The notes under the pieces were generated by a model, which saw only the letters and a list, made by a program, of their open reading frames with translations, was not told the DNA's origin and ran no database searches. A DNA stretch of 32,523 nucleotides from an uncultured Collinsella sp. (GTDB taxonomy: Bacteria; Actinomycetota; Coriobacteriia; Coriobacteriales; Coriobacteriaceae). The first letter of the stretch is position 1. Every line of letters begins with the position of its first letter. Below are positions 1 to 9,267 of the stretch, piece by piece. Made by a program: the position numbers and the translations under genes. The stretch covers positions 1-32,523 of the forward strand of contig CABTZM010000001.1 in NCBI GenBank assembly GCA_902489295.1. Direction: 5' to 3'.

Positions 1-591
1 ACGAGCCCCGAGCCCCAAGGCGAGAACATCGGCATCATCGCCCAGACCAGCGAGGGCGTCACACCCGCAGTCATCTCGATCATCCGCAGCAAGGTAACGG
101 CCGAAGGAGATACAGCGGCAATCTTTGCCCGTGCCATGAGCGCTGACGGCAAGACAATCGGCACCATCAAGATTGAGAACGCCGCCATCCAGACGCCCGA
201 AGGCGGCAAGGTCATTGACTATCGCAAGCTCCGTGACGGCATCTACGAGGCAGGCCAAGCCATCGGCACGGGCGACGCTGTGATCGACTCCCCCTATAAC
301 GAAGCTGTCGCCAAGAGCATGGTCATCGCACCTCCCGAGGTAGCCAAGCCGGAAGACCCCAAGCCCGACGAGACCAAGCCCGCAGAAAGCAAGCCCGCGG
401 AGTCCAAGCAGAACCCCAAGCCTGAGGGCTCAAAGCCGACCAAGGCCGTTGCGGCTTCAATCACGAAAGCCAAGACTACCGGCGTGCTCGCGGCAACCGG
501 CGACACCTCGGGTGCGGCCATCGTGGCAACCGTCCTTGCGGGAACAGCCGCTATCGCCGCAGGCACCATGGCGAGCCGCAAGCGCTCTTAG
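1..591 (+). CDS. C-terminal part of a sortase-anchored cell-surface protein (5' end outside window)
   Basis: Frame 1 is open from base 1. Pro/Lys-rich spacer (KPEDPKPDETKPAESKPAES), LPxTG-like LAATG, hydrophobic helix and basic tail SRKRS. Confidence 0.8.
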   Translation, partial: TSPEPQGENIGIIAQTSEGVTPAVISIIRSKVTAEGDTAAIFARAMSADGKTIGTIKIENAAIQTPEGGKVIDYRKLRDGIYEAGQAIGTGDAVIDSPYNEAVAKSMVIAPPEVAKPEDPKPDETKPAESKPAESKQNPKPEGSKPTKAVAASITKAKTTGVLAATGDTSGAAIVATVLAGTAAIAAGTMASRKRS

Positions 592-648
592 ACGCCTCTG
601 CGCACATGGCAGCTCCCGCGAAGGCCCCGAGTCCCAGCACCGTTTAAC

Positions 649-686
649 AACGCCACCGCCGAGCTCCCCTCCGGCGGTGGCGTTTT
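649..686 (+). terminator. Intrinsic terminator
   Basis: AACGCCACCGCCG...CGGCGGTGGCGTT stem followed by a T run downstream of the surface protein gene. Confidence 0.75.
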
Positions 687-798
687 CCATATGCGTCCGC
701 AGGGTATGCACGAGATTGTCTTTGGTCTAGCCCAACCTGCATGAGCCGGCGTGCGACAATGGGGGCCGTCGATATCACAACGCCGAGAGAAGCCCGTC

Positions 799-1464
799 AT
801 GGAAGCGCATCAAAAGCAGATAACCGTTCATGCACAGCATGCCGAAAGCGCACCAGTCATCTATCTTCCCGTGGTCATGGGCGACGGCACGGAGGTTTAT
901 GAACGCTGCCGAGAGCTCAACTGCCCACCGTTCACCCTTGTCGCCATTGGCGGACTCGATTGGAATCGTGAGCTGAGCCCCTGGGTATGCGACGGTACCG
1001 TGCGCGATGCCGAGCCCTTTGGTGGACAGGCCGCTGGTTTTCTTGACGAGTTGTTGAAGCAGATAATCCCAGAGGCCGAATCATCGCTCCCGCAACCGCC
1101 CACCTGGCGCGGCGTTGCCGGCTACTCGTTGGCGGGCCTTTTTGCACTGTGGGCACTTTGGCAAACAGATGTCTTTGAGCGCGCGGCGAGTGCATCGGGG
1201 TCGCTGTGGTTCCCCGGCTTTATCGACTACGCGCGCGAGCGCACGATGACAGCTACGCCCGACGCCGTCTATCTGTCACTCGGCAAAAAGGAAACCAAGA
1301 CGCCCAACCGCATGATGCGGCACGTACTCGACGATACGCGCGCGATGGAAGAGCTGTTTATCGAGCGTGACATTCCAACAACGCTGGAGCTCAACCCCGG
1401 CAATCACTTTACCCAAACTGACCTGCGCATGGCACGCGGCATCCACTGGATACTGACGCATTAA
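799..1464 (+). CDS. Alpha/beta hydrolase, putative esterase
   Basis: Nucleophile elbow GYSLAG, SGSLWFPGF and C-terminal NPGNHF. ATG at 799 follows a purine-rich RBS. Confidence 0.85.
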   Translation: MEAHQKQITVHAQHAESAPVIYLPVVMGDGTEVYERCRELNCPPFTLVAIGGLDWNRELSPWVCDGTVRDAEPFGGQAAGFLDELLKQIIPEAESSLPQPPTWRGVAGYSLAGLFALWALWQTDVFERAASASGSLWFPGFIDYARERTMTATPDAVYLSLGKKETKTPNRMMRHVLDDTRAMEELFIERDIPTTLELNPGNHFTQTDLRMARGIHWILTH

Positions 1465-1506
1465 AAATGGCATCCACGCGTACATACGCATGGACGCCAT
1501 TTTTAA
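1461..1506. terminator. Bidirectional terminator between convergent genes
   Basis: TTAAAAATGGC...GCCATTTTTAA inverted repeat with A and T tracts on the two sides. Confidence 0.75.
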
Positions 1507-1524
1507 TTTGGCTGAACGCAGCTG

Positions 1525-2859
1525 CTATTCAGCAGTCTCCTCAAGCTCGGAAGTATCGAACTCAAAGTCGTTACCGGGCAGGATGGCGTTGAGCACAATG
1601 CCCACCAGCGAGCCCACGGCAAGGCCCGAAAGCGAAATCGTCACGCCGCCCAGCTCCAGCACAATGGCGCCGGTGGTACTGTAGGCAATGCCGAGCGAAA
1701 GCACGAGCACCAGAGCCGCCACCAGCACGTTGCGGTTGTTCTGGAAATCAACCTGGTTCTCGATGAGGTTACGTACACCAACGGCGCTGATCATGCCGTA
1801 GAGCACGAGCGACACACCGCCGATAACGCACGCCGGCATGGCGGCAATCACCGCAGCAAACTTGGGGCAGAACGAAAGCACAATGGCACAGCAGGCGGCA
1901 ATGCGAATCACGCGCGGGTCGAACACGCGCGTCAGGGCAAGCACACCGGTGTTCTCACCATACGTCGTATTGGCAGGGGCGCCAAAGAGCGATGCCAAGA
2001 TAGTCGCCAGGCCATCGCCGAGCAGGGTACGGTGCAGACCGGGATCGGCAATGTAATTGCGTTCGCAGGTAGAGCCAATGGCGGAAATATCTCCAATGTG
2101 CTCAATCATGGTCGCAAAGGCCAGTGGCATGATGGTGATAATGGCCGTCGTGGCAAGACTGCTATCGAACTGCGGTCCAAAGAGCGCAAACACGGTGTTG
2201 TCCCACACGACGGGCAAGCCAACCCAGGGGGCGGCTGCGACGCCAGAGAAGTCGACCTCGCCCAGCGCGGCCGCAACGGCATAGCTCACCACAACGCCCA
2301 GCAGAATCGGCACGATCTTGACCATGCCGCGGCCCCAAATGTTGCAGATGATGATCACGGCAACGGCAATAGCAGCAACAAACCAGTTGGTCTGGCAGTT
2401 AGCAATGGCAGAGCTTGCCAGGATCAAGCCGATGGAAATGACGATGGGGCCAGTCACCACCGGCGGGAAGAAACGCATGACACGCTTGGCGCCAAAGGCG
2501 CGGAACAGGGCCGCAAGCACCGGATAGAGCAGGCCGGCACAAGCTACGCCCAGGCAAGCGTAGGGCAAAAGCTCAGCCTCGTCGTTGGGCGCAATGGCGG
2601 CATAACCCGCGATAAAGGCAAACGAGGAGCCCAGGAACGCGGGCACCTTACCGCGCGATAGAAAATGAAACAGCAGCGTGCCGATGCCGGCGAACAGAAG
2701 CGTCGCCGAAACGGAAAGGCCGGTGAGCACGGGCACGAGCACCGTGGCTCCGAACATCGCAAACATGTGTTGCAAACCCAACACAAACATGCGCGGGCGG
2801 CCGAGCGACGATGCATCGTAGATGGCATCGGTGACGGCGGGCGTCGAAGACTGGGACAT
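1525..2859 (-). CDS. Uracil/xanthine permease (NCS2 family, UraA/PyrP-like)
   Basis: GLQHMFAMFGATVLVP, PAFLGSSFAF, EHIGD and NAT signature TTYGENTG. Start MSQSS follows an AAAGGA RBS. Confidence 0.9.
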   Translation of the reverse strand: MSQSSTPAVTDAIYDASSLGRPRMFVLGLQHMFAMFGATVLVPVLTGLSVSATLLFAGIGTLLFHFLSRGKVPAFLGSSFAFIAGYAAIAPNDEAELLPYACLGVACAGLLYPVLAALFRAFGAKRVMRFFPPVVTGPIVISIGLILASSAIANCQTNWFVAAIAVAVIIICNIWGRGMVKIVPILLGVVVSYAVAAALGEVDFSGVAAAPWVGLPVVWDNTVFALFGPQFDSSLATTAIITIMPLAFATMIEHIGDISAIGSTCERNYIADPGLHRTLLGDGLATILASLFGAPANTTYGENTGVLALTRVFDPRVIRIAACCAIVLSFCPKFAAVIAAMPACVIGGVSLVLYGMISAVGVRNLIENQVDFQNNRNVLVAALVLVLSLGIAYSTTGAIVLELGGVTISLSGLAVGSLVGIVLNAILPGNDFEFDTSELEETAE

Positions 2860-2981
2860 GGAAGTCCTTTCGAATGGAAGGGCGATCAGGCATATCGGAT
2901 AACCTGCCCGAACGATACGATCCGAACCATTGTACGCGATATGCAGTACCTCGCACGCGCCGCCACCTGCAAACGCTAGCG

Positions 2982-4115
2982 CTATTTCCAAACGCGCTCG
3001 GCAATACGCCTGACCAGCGCAATCTTTGCCCACTGCTCGTCCTCGGTCAGCTTATTGCCAATCTCGCAGCTGGCAAAGCCACACTGCGGAGACAGATACA
3101 GGTTCTCGAGCGGCACGTACTTTGCCGCCTCGCGGATGCGCTCGACGATAACATCCTCGTTCTCGAGCTCTGCCGCCTTGGTGGTCACCAAGCCCAGCAC
3201 GACCTTCTTGCCGGGAGCAACGTACCTGAGCGGCTCAAAACCACCGGCGCGGGGCGTGTCGAACTCCAGATAGAACGCGTCAACGTCCTCATGCGCAAAC
3301 AGGTACGGCGCGATGGGGTCGTAGCCGCCCTCAAAAGCGTAGGTGGAGTGGTAGTTGCCGCGGCATACATGCGTGTTGATAACCAGATCGTCGGGCTTGC
3401 CCTCGATGGCGGCATTGTTGAGCGCCACGCCCAGCTCGCTTACCTTTTGCAGGTCGACCGGGCTCATGCCGGTTTTGGCAACAAAATCGGTATCGCAGTA
3501 GATGCCCCAGGTGCAGTCATCAAACTGGATGTTGCGGCAGCCCGCGGCATACAGGTCAGCAATCACGGTGCGGTATGCTGCGGCAATGGCATCGACGAGC
3601 TCTTCGTCGGTCTTGTAGACGGCGTGCAGACTCTCCTGCTGGCCATCGCAGCGGTCGAGTGTGACTTCGGAGAACGTCTGGATCGGCGCCGGAATGGTCT
3701 GGCGCGCGGCCAGGCCCTCTCCCTCGAGCGACTTGATAAATTTGAAGTGCTCGACGAACGGATGATTCTCGCCGCTAATGGGACCGGTCACCACGGCGGT
3801 GTCGGCGGTAGTCTCCTCATCGTGGAACATGTAGCCCGTGCGCGAGGCGCGGCGCTCAATGCCGTTGAGTCCCCACATAAAATCGAGATGCCAGTAGCTG
3901 CGGCGGAACTCGCCATCGGTGATCACCTGCAAGCCAGCGGCCTTTTGCTTAGCCACCAAATCGCGAATGGCCTCGTCCTCGACGGCCTTAAGGCCGGCGG
4001 CGTCAAGTTTGCCCGCGGCATAGGCGACACGCGCATCCTTAACAGCTTGCGGACGAAGAAAGCTGCCGACGATATCGGCGCGAAACGGCGCTTTGAGCTG
4101 GGTGGATTTGCTCAT
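2982..4115 (-). CDS. Cobalamin-independent methionine synthase, single-barrel (MetE C-terminal/YxjH-like)
   Basis: ADIVGSFLRP, TDGEFRR, Zn ligands HVCRGN and SPQCGFAS. AAGGAG RBS. Confidence 0.9.
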   Translation of the reverse strand: MSKSTQLKAPFRADIVGSFLRPQAVKDARVAYAAGKLDAAGLKAVEDEAIRDLVAKQKAAGLQVITDGEFRRSYWHLDFMWGLNGIERRASRTGYMFHDEETTADTAVVTGPISGENHPFVEHFKFIKSLEGEGLAARQTIPAPIQTFSEVTLDRCDGQQESLHAVYKTDEELVDAIAAAYRTVIADLYAAGCRNIQFDDCTWGIYCDTDFVAKTGMSPVDLQKVSELGVALNNAAIEGKPDDLVINTHVCRGNYHSTYAFEGGYDPIAPYLFAHEDVDAFYLEFDTPRAGGFEPLRYVAPGKKVVLGLVTTKAAELENEDVIVERIREAAKYVPLENLYLSPQCGFASCEIGNKLTEDEQWAKIALVRRIAERVWK

Positions 4116-4154
4116 ACTGATCTCCTTTTTTGCGTGGATGCTTTAACGGGACAA

Positions 4155-4183
4155 AGTATGAGTGCTCAAGTAGCCATCGTAAA
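4155..4183 (-). promoter_or_regulatory. Putative sigma70 promoter of the metE-like gene
   Basis: Minus strand TTTACG-17 nt-CATACT. Confidence 0.55.
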
Positions 4184-4205
4184 ATACGTATTATTTTTGG
4201 TTTGG

Positions 4206-4222
4206 CATAGGGAATAGCTATA
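4206..4222. promoter_or_regulatory. MetR/MtaR-type LysR binding box
   Basis: Minus strand TATAGCTATTCCCTATG fits TATAG-N7-CTATA and is centred about 65 bp upstream of the predicted start site, next to a MetR-like gene. Confidence 0.65.
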
Positions 4223-4267
4223 TCAATACGCGCCGCTCGGCATCATGCGCACGGCAGACATAACAAA

Positions 4268-5164
4268 CTAGATATGCTGACGAATCGCGTCGATATAGGC
4301 CTGCCCATAGCGCGTGAGCGTCGTATTTTTGCGCGTGATAATGCCGATCTCCATGTATTCGTCCACATCGAGCGGAATCGAGATAATACCCGGCCCGTTG
4401 AGCTCGTGGCTGATCACGCCCGAACACACCGTGTAACCGTTAAGGCCCATAGCTAGGTTGAACAACGTCGCACGGTCACGCACGCGGATATTCTTGCGAC
4501 GCTCAAAGGTCGAGGTCAGTTCCTCGGAATAGTAAAACGAGTTATAGCTGCCCTGCTCGTAGGACAGGAACGGGTAGTCCTCGAGATCTTCGAGCGTCAC
4601 GCTGGCATGGTCCGCCAGTGGATGGTCGGCGCACACGAAGACATGCGGCGTAGCGCAGAAAAGCCCCTCGAATACGAGCTCGTTGGCGGCAAGCATGCGC
4701 TCGATAACCTCGCGGTTATGCTCAGATAAGTACAGGATGCCCAGTTCGCTTTTCATATGCGCGACATCCTCGATAATCTCGTGAGTCTGCTCCTCGCGCA
4801 GGGTGAAGTCGTAACGCGCGGCATCGAACTCGCGGATCACGTCAACAAACGCGTTAACGGCAAAGGAATAATGCTGGCAACTCACGCTAAAGTGCGGCAC
4901 CTGCTCGGACGTGCCTTTGTACTTGCCCTCGAGCAGGTCGGCCTGGTCGAGCACCTGGCGCGCGTAGCCCAAGAAGGTCTCGCCTTCCTCGGACACAATG
5001 ACGCCCTTGTTGGTGCGCTCAAAGATATGCACACCCATCTCGTTTTCGAGATCGCGGATCGACGCGGTGATCGAGGGCTGCGACACAAAGAGCCGGCGCG
5101 AGGCCTCGGTGATGCTGCCGCATTCGGCAACCTTAACAACATATCTGAGCTGCTGAAGCTTCAT
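4268..5164 (-). CDS. LysR family regulator, MetR/MtaR/CpsY-like
   Basis: HTH MKLQQLRY...SQPSIT. Motifs FSVSCQHYSFAVNAF, YEQGSYNSFYYSEE and DRATLFNL resemble streptococcal MetR/MtaR/CpsY. Confidence 0.9.
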   Translation of the reverse strand: MKLQQLRYVVKVAECGSITEASRRLFVSQPSITASIRDLENEMGVHIFERTNKGVIVSEEGETFLGYARQVLDQADLLEGKYKGTSEQVPHFSVSCQHYSFAVNAFVDVIREFDAARYDFTLREEQTHEIIEDVAHMKSELGILYLSEHNREVIERMLAANELVFEGLFCATPHVFVCADHPLADHASVTLEDLEDYPFLSYEQGSYNSFYYSEELTSTFERRKNIRVRDRATLFNLAMGLNGYTVCSGVISHELNGPGIISIPLDVDEYMEIGIITRKNTTLTRYGQAYIDAIRQHI

Positions 5165-5174
5165 AGCCTTCTCC

Positions 5175-6083
5175 CTAGACGTTCGTGACGTCGAAACCCG
5201 TCGCGTCCATCTGACGCATAAACGACGGCATCTCCCCCGTCGCGGCGCAGGCGGCAATCTGATGTAGAGCCCCGGCGACCGCATCGTCTGCCGCAGCGCC
5301 GATATGCCAGCGCGCGGCAGCCGTGACGGCCTCGTTGGCATTGGCGACTGCAACGGAATTGGGAACGGCATCGATCATGGGCAAATCGTTATCGGAATCG
5401 CCGAATACGGCCACCTCGTCGGGCGTCAGGCCCAAAGCGCGCGCCAGCTCCAGCGCAGCACAGCCCTTGTCCCAGCCGGTCGGAAGAACGTCGAACAGGC
5501 GCACGCGGTTGTTGGGAAACACGAGCGAGAGCTCCGGCACCTCGGCGGCAACACGCTTGCGCAGCTCGGCGAGCTCCTCGCGCGAACGGGCACTCCAGAT
5601 ATTCGCCTTGTATACCGGGGCATCGTCAACGACAGGACGACAGGGAGCCTCTTCGCCCTTGAGCCACGCGTTGCCGCCTGACTCCATGGCGCGACGCACA
5701 CGCTCGGGATCGCTTGTCACGCAATAGGCGTCGTTGTCCCAAAAGTCATCACCCAGACGGTAGACCTTCAGATAGGTATCGTCGGTCTCTTGCTCCAGGT
5801 AGTCGGCCAGGCGCATCAGGGCATCGTTATCAGTTGCGCGCGAGGCAACCGCCTCGCCATCGACAAACATCACCTGGCCGTTGCAAAACGCACCGGTCGA
5901 GAAGCACTCGGAGCGATTGCGGAACATCCAGCCCATCGCGGACGGCTGGCGACCCGAAACCGGGCCAAAATGCAGGCCCGCCGCTTGCATGGCATGAATG
6001 CCCTCGATGGCGTAGTCGCTGGCGCCATCGTATCCAGCAGGAATCAGCGTATCGTCCATATCGGTCAGCACAAGTTTGATCAT
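5175..6083 (-). CDS. Cof-type HAD-IIB hydrolase
   Basis: DMDDTL motif I, SGR motif II, DKG and FGDSDNDLPM motif IV. Confidence 0.9.
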   Translation of the reverse strand: MIKLVLTDMDDTLIPAGYDGASDYAIEGIHAMQAAGLHFGPVSGRQPSAMGWMFRNRSECFSTGAFCNGQVMFVDGEAVASRATDNDALMRLADYLEQETDDTYLKVYRLGDDFWDNDAYCVTSDPERVRRAMESGGNAWLKGEEAPCRPVVDDAPVYKANIWSARSREELAELRKRVAAEVPELSLVFPNNRVRLFDVLPTGWDKGCAALELARALGLTPDEVAVFGDSDNDLPMIDAVPNSVAVANANEAVTAAARWHIGAAADDAVAGALHQIAACAATGEMPSFMRQMDATGFDVTNV

Positions 6084-6123
6084 AAGGTCCCCTCGGTCAT
6101 TCTTAATCCCGTCTATTGTACCG

Positions 6124-6225
6124 ACCTGCCAAAAAGGGACAGGTTTATTTTGGCAGGTTTTATCTGGGAAAACGCAAAGCCCCAGTTGTTACCTGCCAAA
6201 ATAAACCTATCCCTATTTGGCAGGT
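6124..6225. repeat. Inverted doublet of 35-bp REP-like palindromes
   Basis: 6124-6158 ACCTGCCAAAAAGGGACAGGTTTATTTTGGCAGGT and 6191-6225, its near reverse complement, separated by 32 bp. Confidence 0.85.
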
Positions 6226-6252
6226 GCGCTAGTATAGGGAACAACAGATTCG

Positions 6253-6344
6253 ATGCGGGAGTGCCGGCGGTGCAAACCACAAGGCTGAGAGGGCATGGGG
6301 CCCAATCCTTTGAACCTGTCAGTTAATGCTGGCGTAGGGAGCAT
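6253..6344 (+). promoter_or_regulatory. TPP riboswitch
   Basis: GGGAGTGCC...GGCTGAGA...CCTTTGAACCTG...GTTAATGCTGGCGTAGGGA with an ATGC/GCAT closing stem, directly upstream of thiM. Confidence 0.95.
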
Positions 6345-6355
6345 GCCGCCTTTAC

Positions 6356-6386
6356 AGGGGCGCTGTCTATGCACAGCGCCCCTTTT
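6356..6386 (+). terminator. Terminator hairpin of the TPP riboswitch expression platform
   Basis: AGGGGCGCTGT...ACAGCGCCCCTTTT between the aptamer and the thiM RBS. Confidence 0.75.
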
Positions 6387-6408
6387 CTATGCCAAGGAGG
6401 CATGTGCA

Positions 6409-7248
6409 GTGATTGATTCGAAACAGCTTAAGCAAAACGTGATCAAGGCCGTGGGGGAGATTCGCGCCACCAATCCGATGGCCGGCTCCATCACCAACAC
6501 GGTGACGATCGACTTTGTCGCCAACGCGCAGCTCGCCGTGGGCGGTTCGGCCGCCATGGTCTATCTACCCGACGAGGGCGAGGCACTCGTTGCCGGCGGC
6601 GGCGCCATCTATCTCAACATGGGCACGCTCTTCCCCATCTACGAGCAGACGATTCCCCGCGCGGCCAAGGCGGCACACGACGCCGGCAAGCCCTGGGTGC
6701 TCGATCCGGTGGGCCTGGGCATTGGCAGCCTGCGCACCCAGCTGGTAAACGAACTCAAGCAGTACAAGCCCGCCATCGTGCGCGGCAACGCCTCCGAGAT
6801 CATCGCGCTCGCCGGCCTGTGGGGTCTTGAAGGCGAGGCGGCCAATCTGAGCCGCGTGCGCGGTGTCGATACCACCGACACGGTCGACGCCGCCCGCGAT
6901 GCCGCCGTGGCGCTCGCCCGCTACACTGGCGGCGCCGTGGTCGTCTCGGGCGAAGTCGACCTGATTACCGACGGCACGACCGTGGCCAAGTCCCACGGCG
7001 GCAGCCCGCTCATGTCCAAGATCACCGGCTGCGGTTGCTCGCAAGGCGGCGTACTGGCCGTGTACGCCTGTGCTGCCGATCCGTTTACGGCAGCCATCTG
7101 CGGCACCGCCGTCTACAACGTCGCCGGTACGCGTGCCGCCGCTGTCGCCGATGCCCCGGCAAGCTTTAAGGTCGCCTTTATCGACGAGCTCTACCGCGCG
7201 ACCGCCCAGGATATTGCCGACAACCAACTCGAACTCGAGGAGGCATAA
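6409..7248 (+). CDS. thiM: Hydroxyethylthiazole kinase
   Basis: ITNTVT..ANAQLAVG, WVLDPVG, RGNASEI, GVD and ITGCGC motifs. GTG start after AAGGAGG; TPP riboswitch upstream. Confidence 0.92.
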   Translation: MIDSKQLKQNVIKAVGEIRATNPMAGSITNTVTIDFVANAQLAVGGSAAMVYLPDEGEALVAGGGAIYLNMGTLFPIYEQTIPRAAKAAHDAGKPWVLDPVGLGIGSLRTQLVNELKQYKPAIVRGNASEIIALAGLWGLEGEAANLSRVRGVDTTDTVDAARDAAVALARYTGGAVVVSGEVDLITDGTTVAKSHGGSPLMSKITGCGCSQGGVLAVYACAADPFTAAICGTAVYNVAGTRAAAVADAPASFKVAFIDELYRATAQDIADNQLELEEA

Positions 7249-7251
7249 GCC

Positions 7252-7593
7252 ATGTCCGAGTCCACAACCAGCGCCGGCATGAACACACTCGTCGCCGTGG
7301 CCATCGCCCCGTGCGGCACCGGCGATGAGCTGTCCGCCGAGGTCGCCGAGGTCGTGCGCGTCATTCGCGAGAGTGGCCTTCCCAACCGCACCAGCTCGAT
7401 GTTCACCGAGATCGAGGGCGACTGGGACGAGGTCATGCAGGTCGTGCGCGACGCAACCTTTGTGCTGGCGAGCAAGGGCATCCGGACCGAAGTCGTGCTC
7501 AAGGCAGATATTCGACCCGGATTTACCGACACCATGACCGGCAAAATCGAGCGCATGGAAGCACAGATCAAGAAACAGGAGGAAGCACGATGA
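7252..7593 (+). CDS. Thiamine-binding protein (YkoF/MTH1187 family)
   Basis: SMFTEIEGDWDEVM and KADIRPG pattern; located in the thi operon. Confidence 0.85.
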   Translation: MSESTTSAGMNTLVAVAIAPCGTGDELSAEVAEVVRVIRESGLPNRTSSMFTEIEGDWDEVMQVVRDATFVLASKGIRTEVVLKADIRPGFTDTMTGKIERMEAQIKKQEEAR

Positions 7594-8285
7594 GCATCCG
7601 CGACAACCTTGATATCTCGGCCTATCTGGTACTCGGCCCCGAAAACACGCTCGGGCGCCCCGTGGGCGATGTGGTGGCCCAGGCACTCGACGCCGGCTTT
7701 ACCTGCATCCAGGTGCGCTCCAAGGTGGCAAGCGCCCGCGAGATCATCGCGCTGACGGGCGATGCCGCGCAGGCAATCGCACAGGCCGGCAAGACCGGTC
7801 AGGTCGCCCTGCTGATCGACGACCGTCTGGATTGTGTGCTTGCCGCGCGCGAGCAGGGTATTGCTGTCGACGGCGTGCACGTGGGTCAGAGCGATATTCC
7901 CGTCGAGGTCTGTCGCAAGCTGCTGGGCCCCGATGCCATTGTGGGCCTTTCGGCCCGCTGCGAGGAGATGCTCGAGTACGTCAAGACCGCCGACATGAGT
8001 CTGGTCGACTACCTGGGCATCGGCCCGCTCCACGAGACCGAGACCAAGCGCGACTGCGGACGCGCGGCCGATGGCTCCATCATCACCAAGAGCTTTGAGG
8101 ACCTGGCCGCACTCCACATGGCAAGCCCCGTGCCCATCGTGGTGGGCGGCGGCGTTAAGACGGCCGACTTGCCGCAGCTTAAGGCAACCGGCGTCGACGG
8201 CTTCTTTGTGGTGAGCGCCGTCTGCAGCGCCGATGATCCCCACGCCGCGGCCAAGGAGCTTGTCGACACCTGGCAGCAGGCATAG
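7590..8285 (+). CDS. thiE: Thiamine-phosphate synthase
   Basis: QVRSK, IDDRLD, GVHVGQSD, GPLHETETK and VVSAV motifs. ATGA overlap with the upstream gene. Confidence 0.92.
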   Translation: MSIRDNLDISAYLVLGPENTLGRPVGDVVAQALDAGFTCIQVRSKVASAREIIALTGDAAQAIAQAGKTGQVALLIDDRLDCVLAAREQGIAVDGVHVGQSDIPVEVCRKLLGPDAIVGLSARCEEMLEYVKTADMSLVDYLGIGPLHETETKRDCGRAADGSIITKSFEDLAALHMASPVPIVVGGGVKTADLPQLKATGVDGFFVVSAVCSADDPHAAAKELVDTWQQA

Positions 8286-8327
8286 ACATAGGCCGAGCAG
8301 CTGATTCGCAATCTCATATCTTCAATA

Positions 8328-8377
8328 GCGGAAACCGCATCCCGGTTCGAACGTCCATTCCGGGATGCGCTTTCCGC
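8328..8377. terminator. Hairpin, probable terminator between thiE and the convergent patatin gene
   Basis: GCGGAAA-C-CGCATCCCGG...CCGGGATGCG-C-TTTCCGC long stem. Confidence 0.6.
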
Positions 8378-8397
8378 CGAGTCCACGGCAGCTTGTC

Positions 8398-9267
8398 CTA
8401 CCCCGCCAGATACGCTTCCAACGCCGGCAAAGTCGCCTCCGCATCGTGGCGGCCGACCTGGTAGATGCGCTCGAGCTCATCCGGTTCGCGGCACAGCGAC
8501 GGCACCTTCACCGATTCGCTCGGCCGCACCACAAAGACCTCGCCGGCAGCCTCGCGACGTGCCAGGTCATCGAGCGTGGCATTGTAGACCTCATGCCGAT
8601 GCTCAAGCGCTGCGACAAACTCCGGATAGTGACGGAACACGCGCCGCAGCATGGACATCACACTGTTGGGCTGCTTCACAAAGCCCGCCGGCTGCGTGAG
8701 CACCACGATATTGCGGTCATACCCCTGCGCAAACAGCCATGCGCTGGGGATAGAATCAGCCACGCCACCATCCAGATACTTATGCCCGTCAATAGCAACG
8801 GGACGCGTCGCCACAGGAATAGCAGACGACGCCCGGATCCACTCGATATCGCGCTCGTCGCCATACGGCAAATCGTGATAGACAGCCTTGCCCGTCTCGA
8901 CATCGGTACACACGCACGTAAATCGCATGGGACAGGCGCGATACGCCTCCAAGTCGATGGGATCGCGCTCAATGGGCACCTCGTGATAGGCAAAATCGGC
9001 ATTGAACATGTCACCGGTTCGCAGCCAGCTTGTCACGCTCGCATAGCGCTTGTCGGCACAATAGGCCTTGTTGTAGCGAATGGCGCGCCCAATCTGCCGC
9101 GATTTAAAGTTGTAGCCAAACGCCGCGCCCGCCGAAACGCCCACCATATGGTCGCAGGTCAAACCGTGCTCCATCCAAACGTCGAGCACGCCCGCCGTAT
9201 ACATACCGCGGTAGCCGCCTCCCTCGAGCGCAAGCCCCACCGTGCGCGTCGTATCCGGCTGTGCCAT
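8398..9267 (-). CDS. Patatin-like phospholipase family protein
   Basis: EGGGYRG, GVSAG nucleophile, ASSAIP and DGG motifs. ATG at 9267 after GGAGA. Confidence 0.9.
   Translation of the reverse strand: MAQPDTTRTVGLALEGGGYRGMYTAGVLDVWMEHGLTCDHMVGVSAGAAFGYNFKSRQIGRAIRYNKAYCADKRYASVTSWLRTGDMFNADFAYHEVPIERDPIDLEAYRACPMRFTCVCTDVETGKAVYHDLPYGDERDIEWIRASSAIPVATRPVAIDGHKYLDGGVADSIPSAWLFAQGYDRNIVVLTQPAGFVKQPNSVMSMLRRVFRHYPEFVAALEHRHEVYNATLDDLARREAAGEVFVVRPSESVKVPSLCREPDELERIYQVGRHDAEATLPALEAYLAG

Noticed and set aside
2874..4217. Long antisense ORFs (e.g. 2874-4217 +, 14984-16321 -, 6565-7686 -, 18522-19520 +, 21097-22032 +)
   Set aside because: Shadow frames opposite well-supported genes, expected in high-GC coding DNA; no RBS or recognisable motifs.
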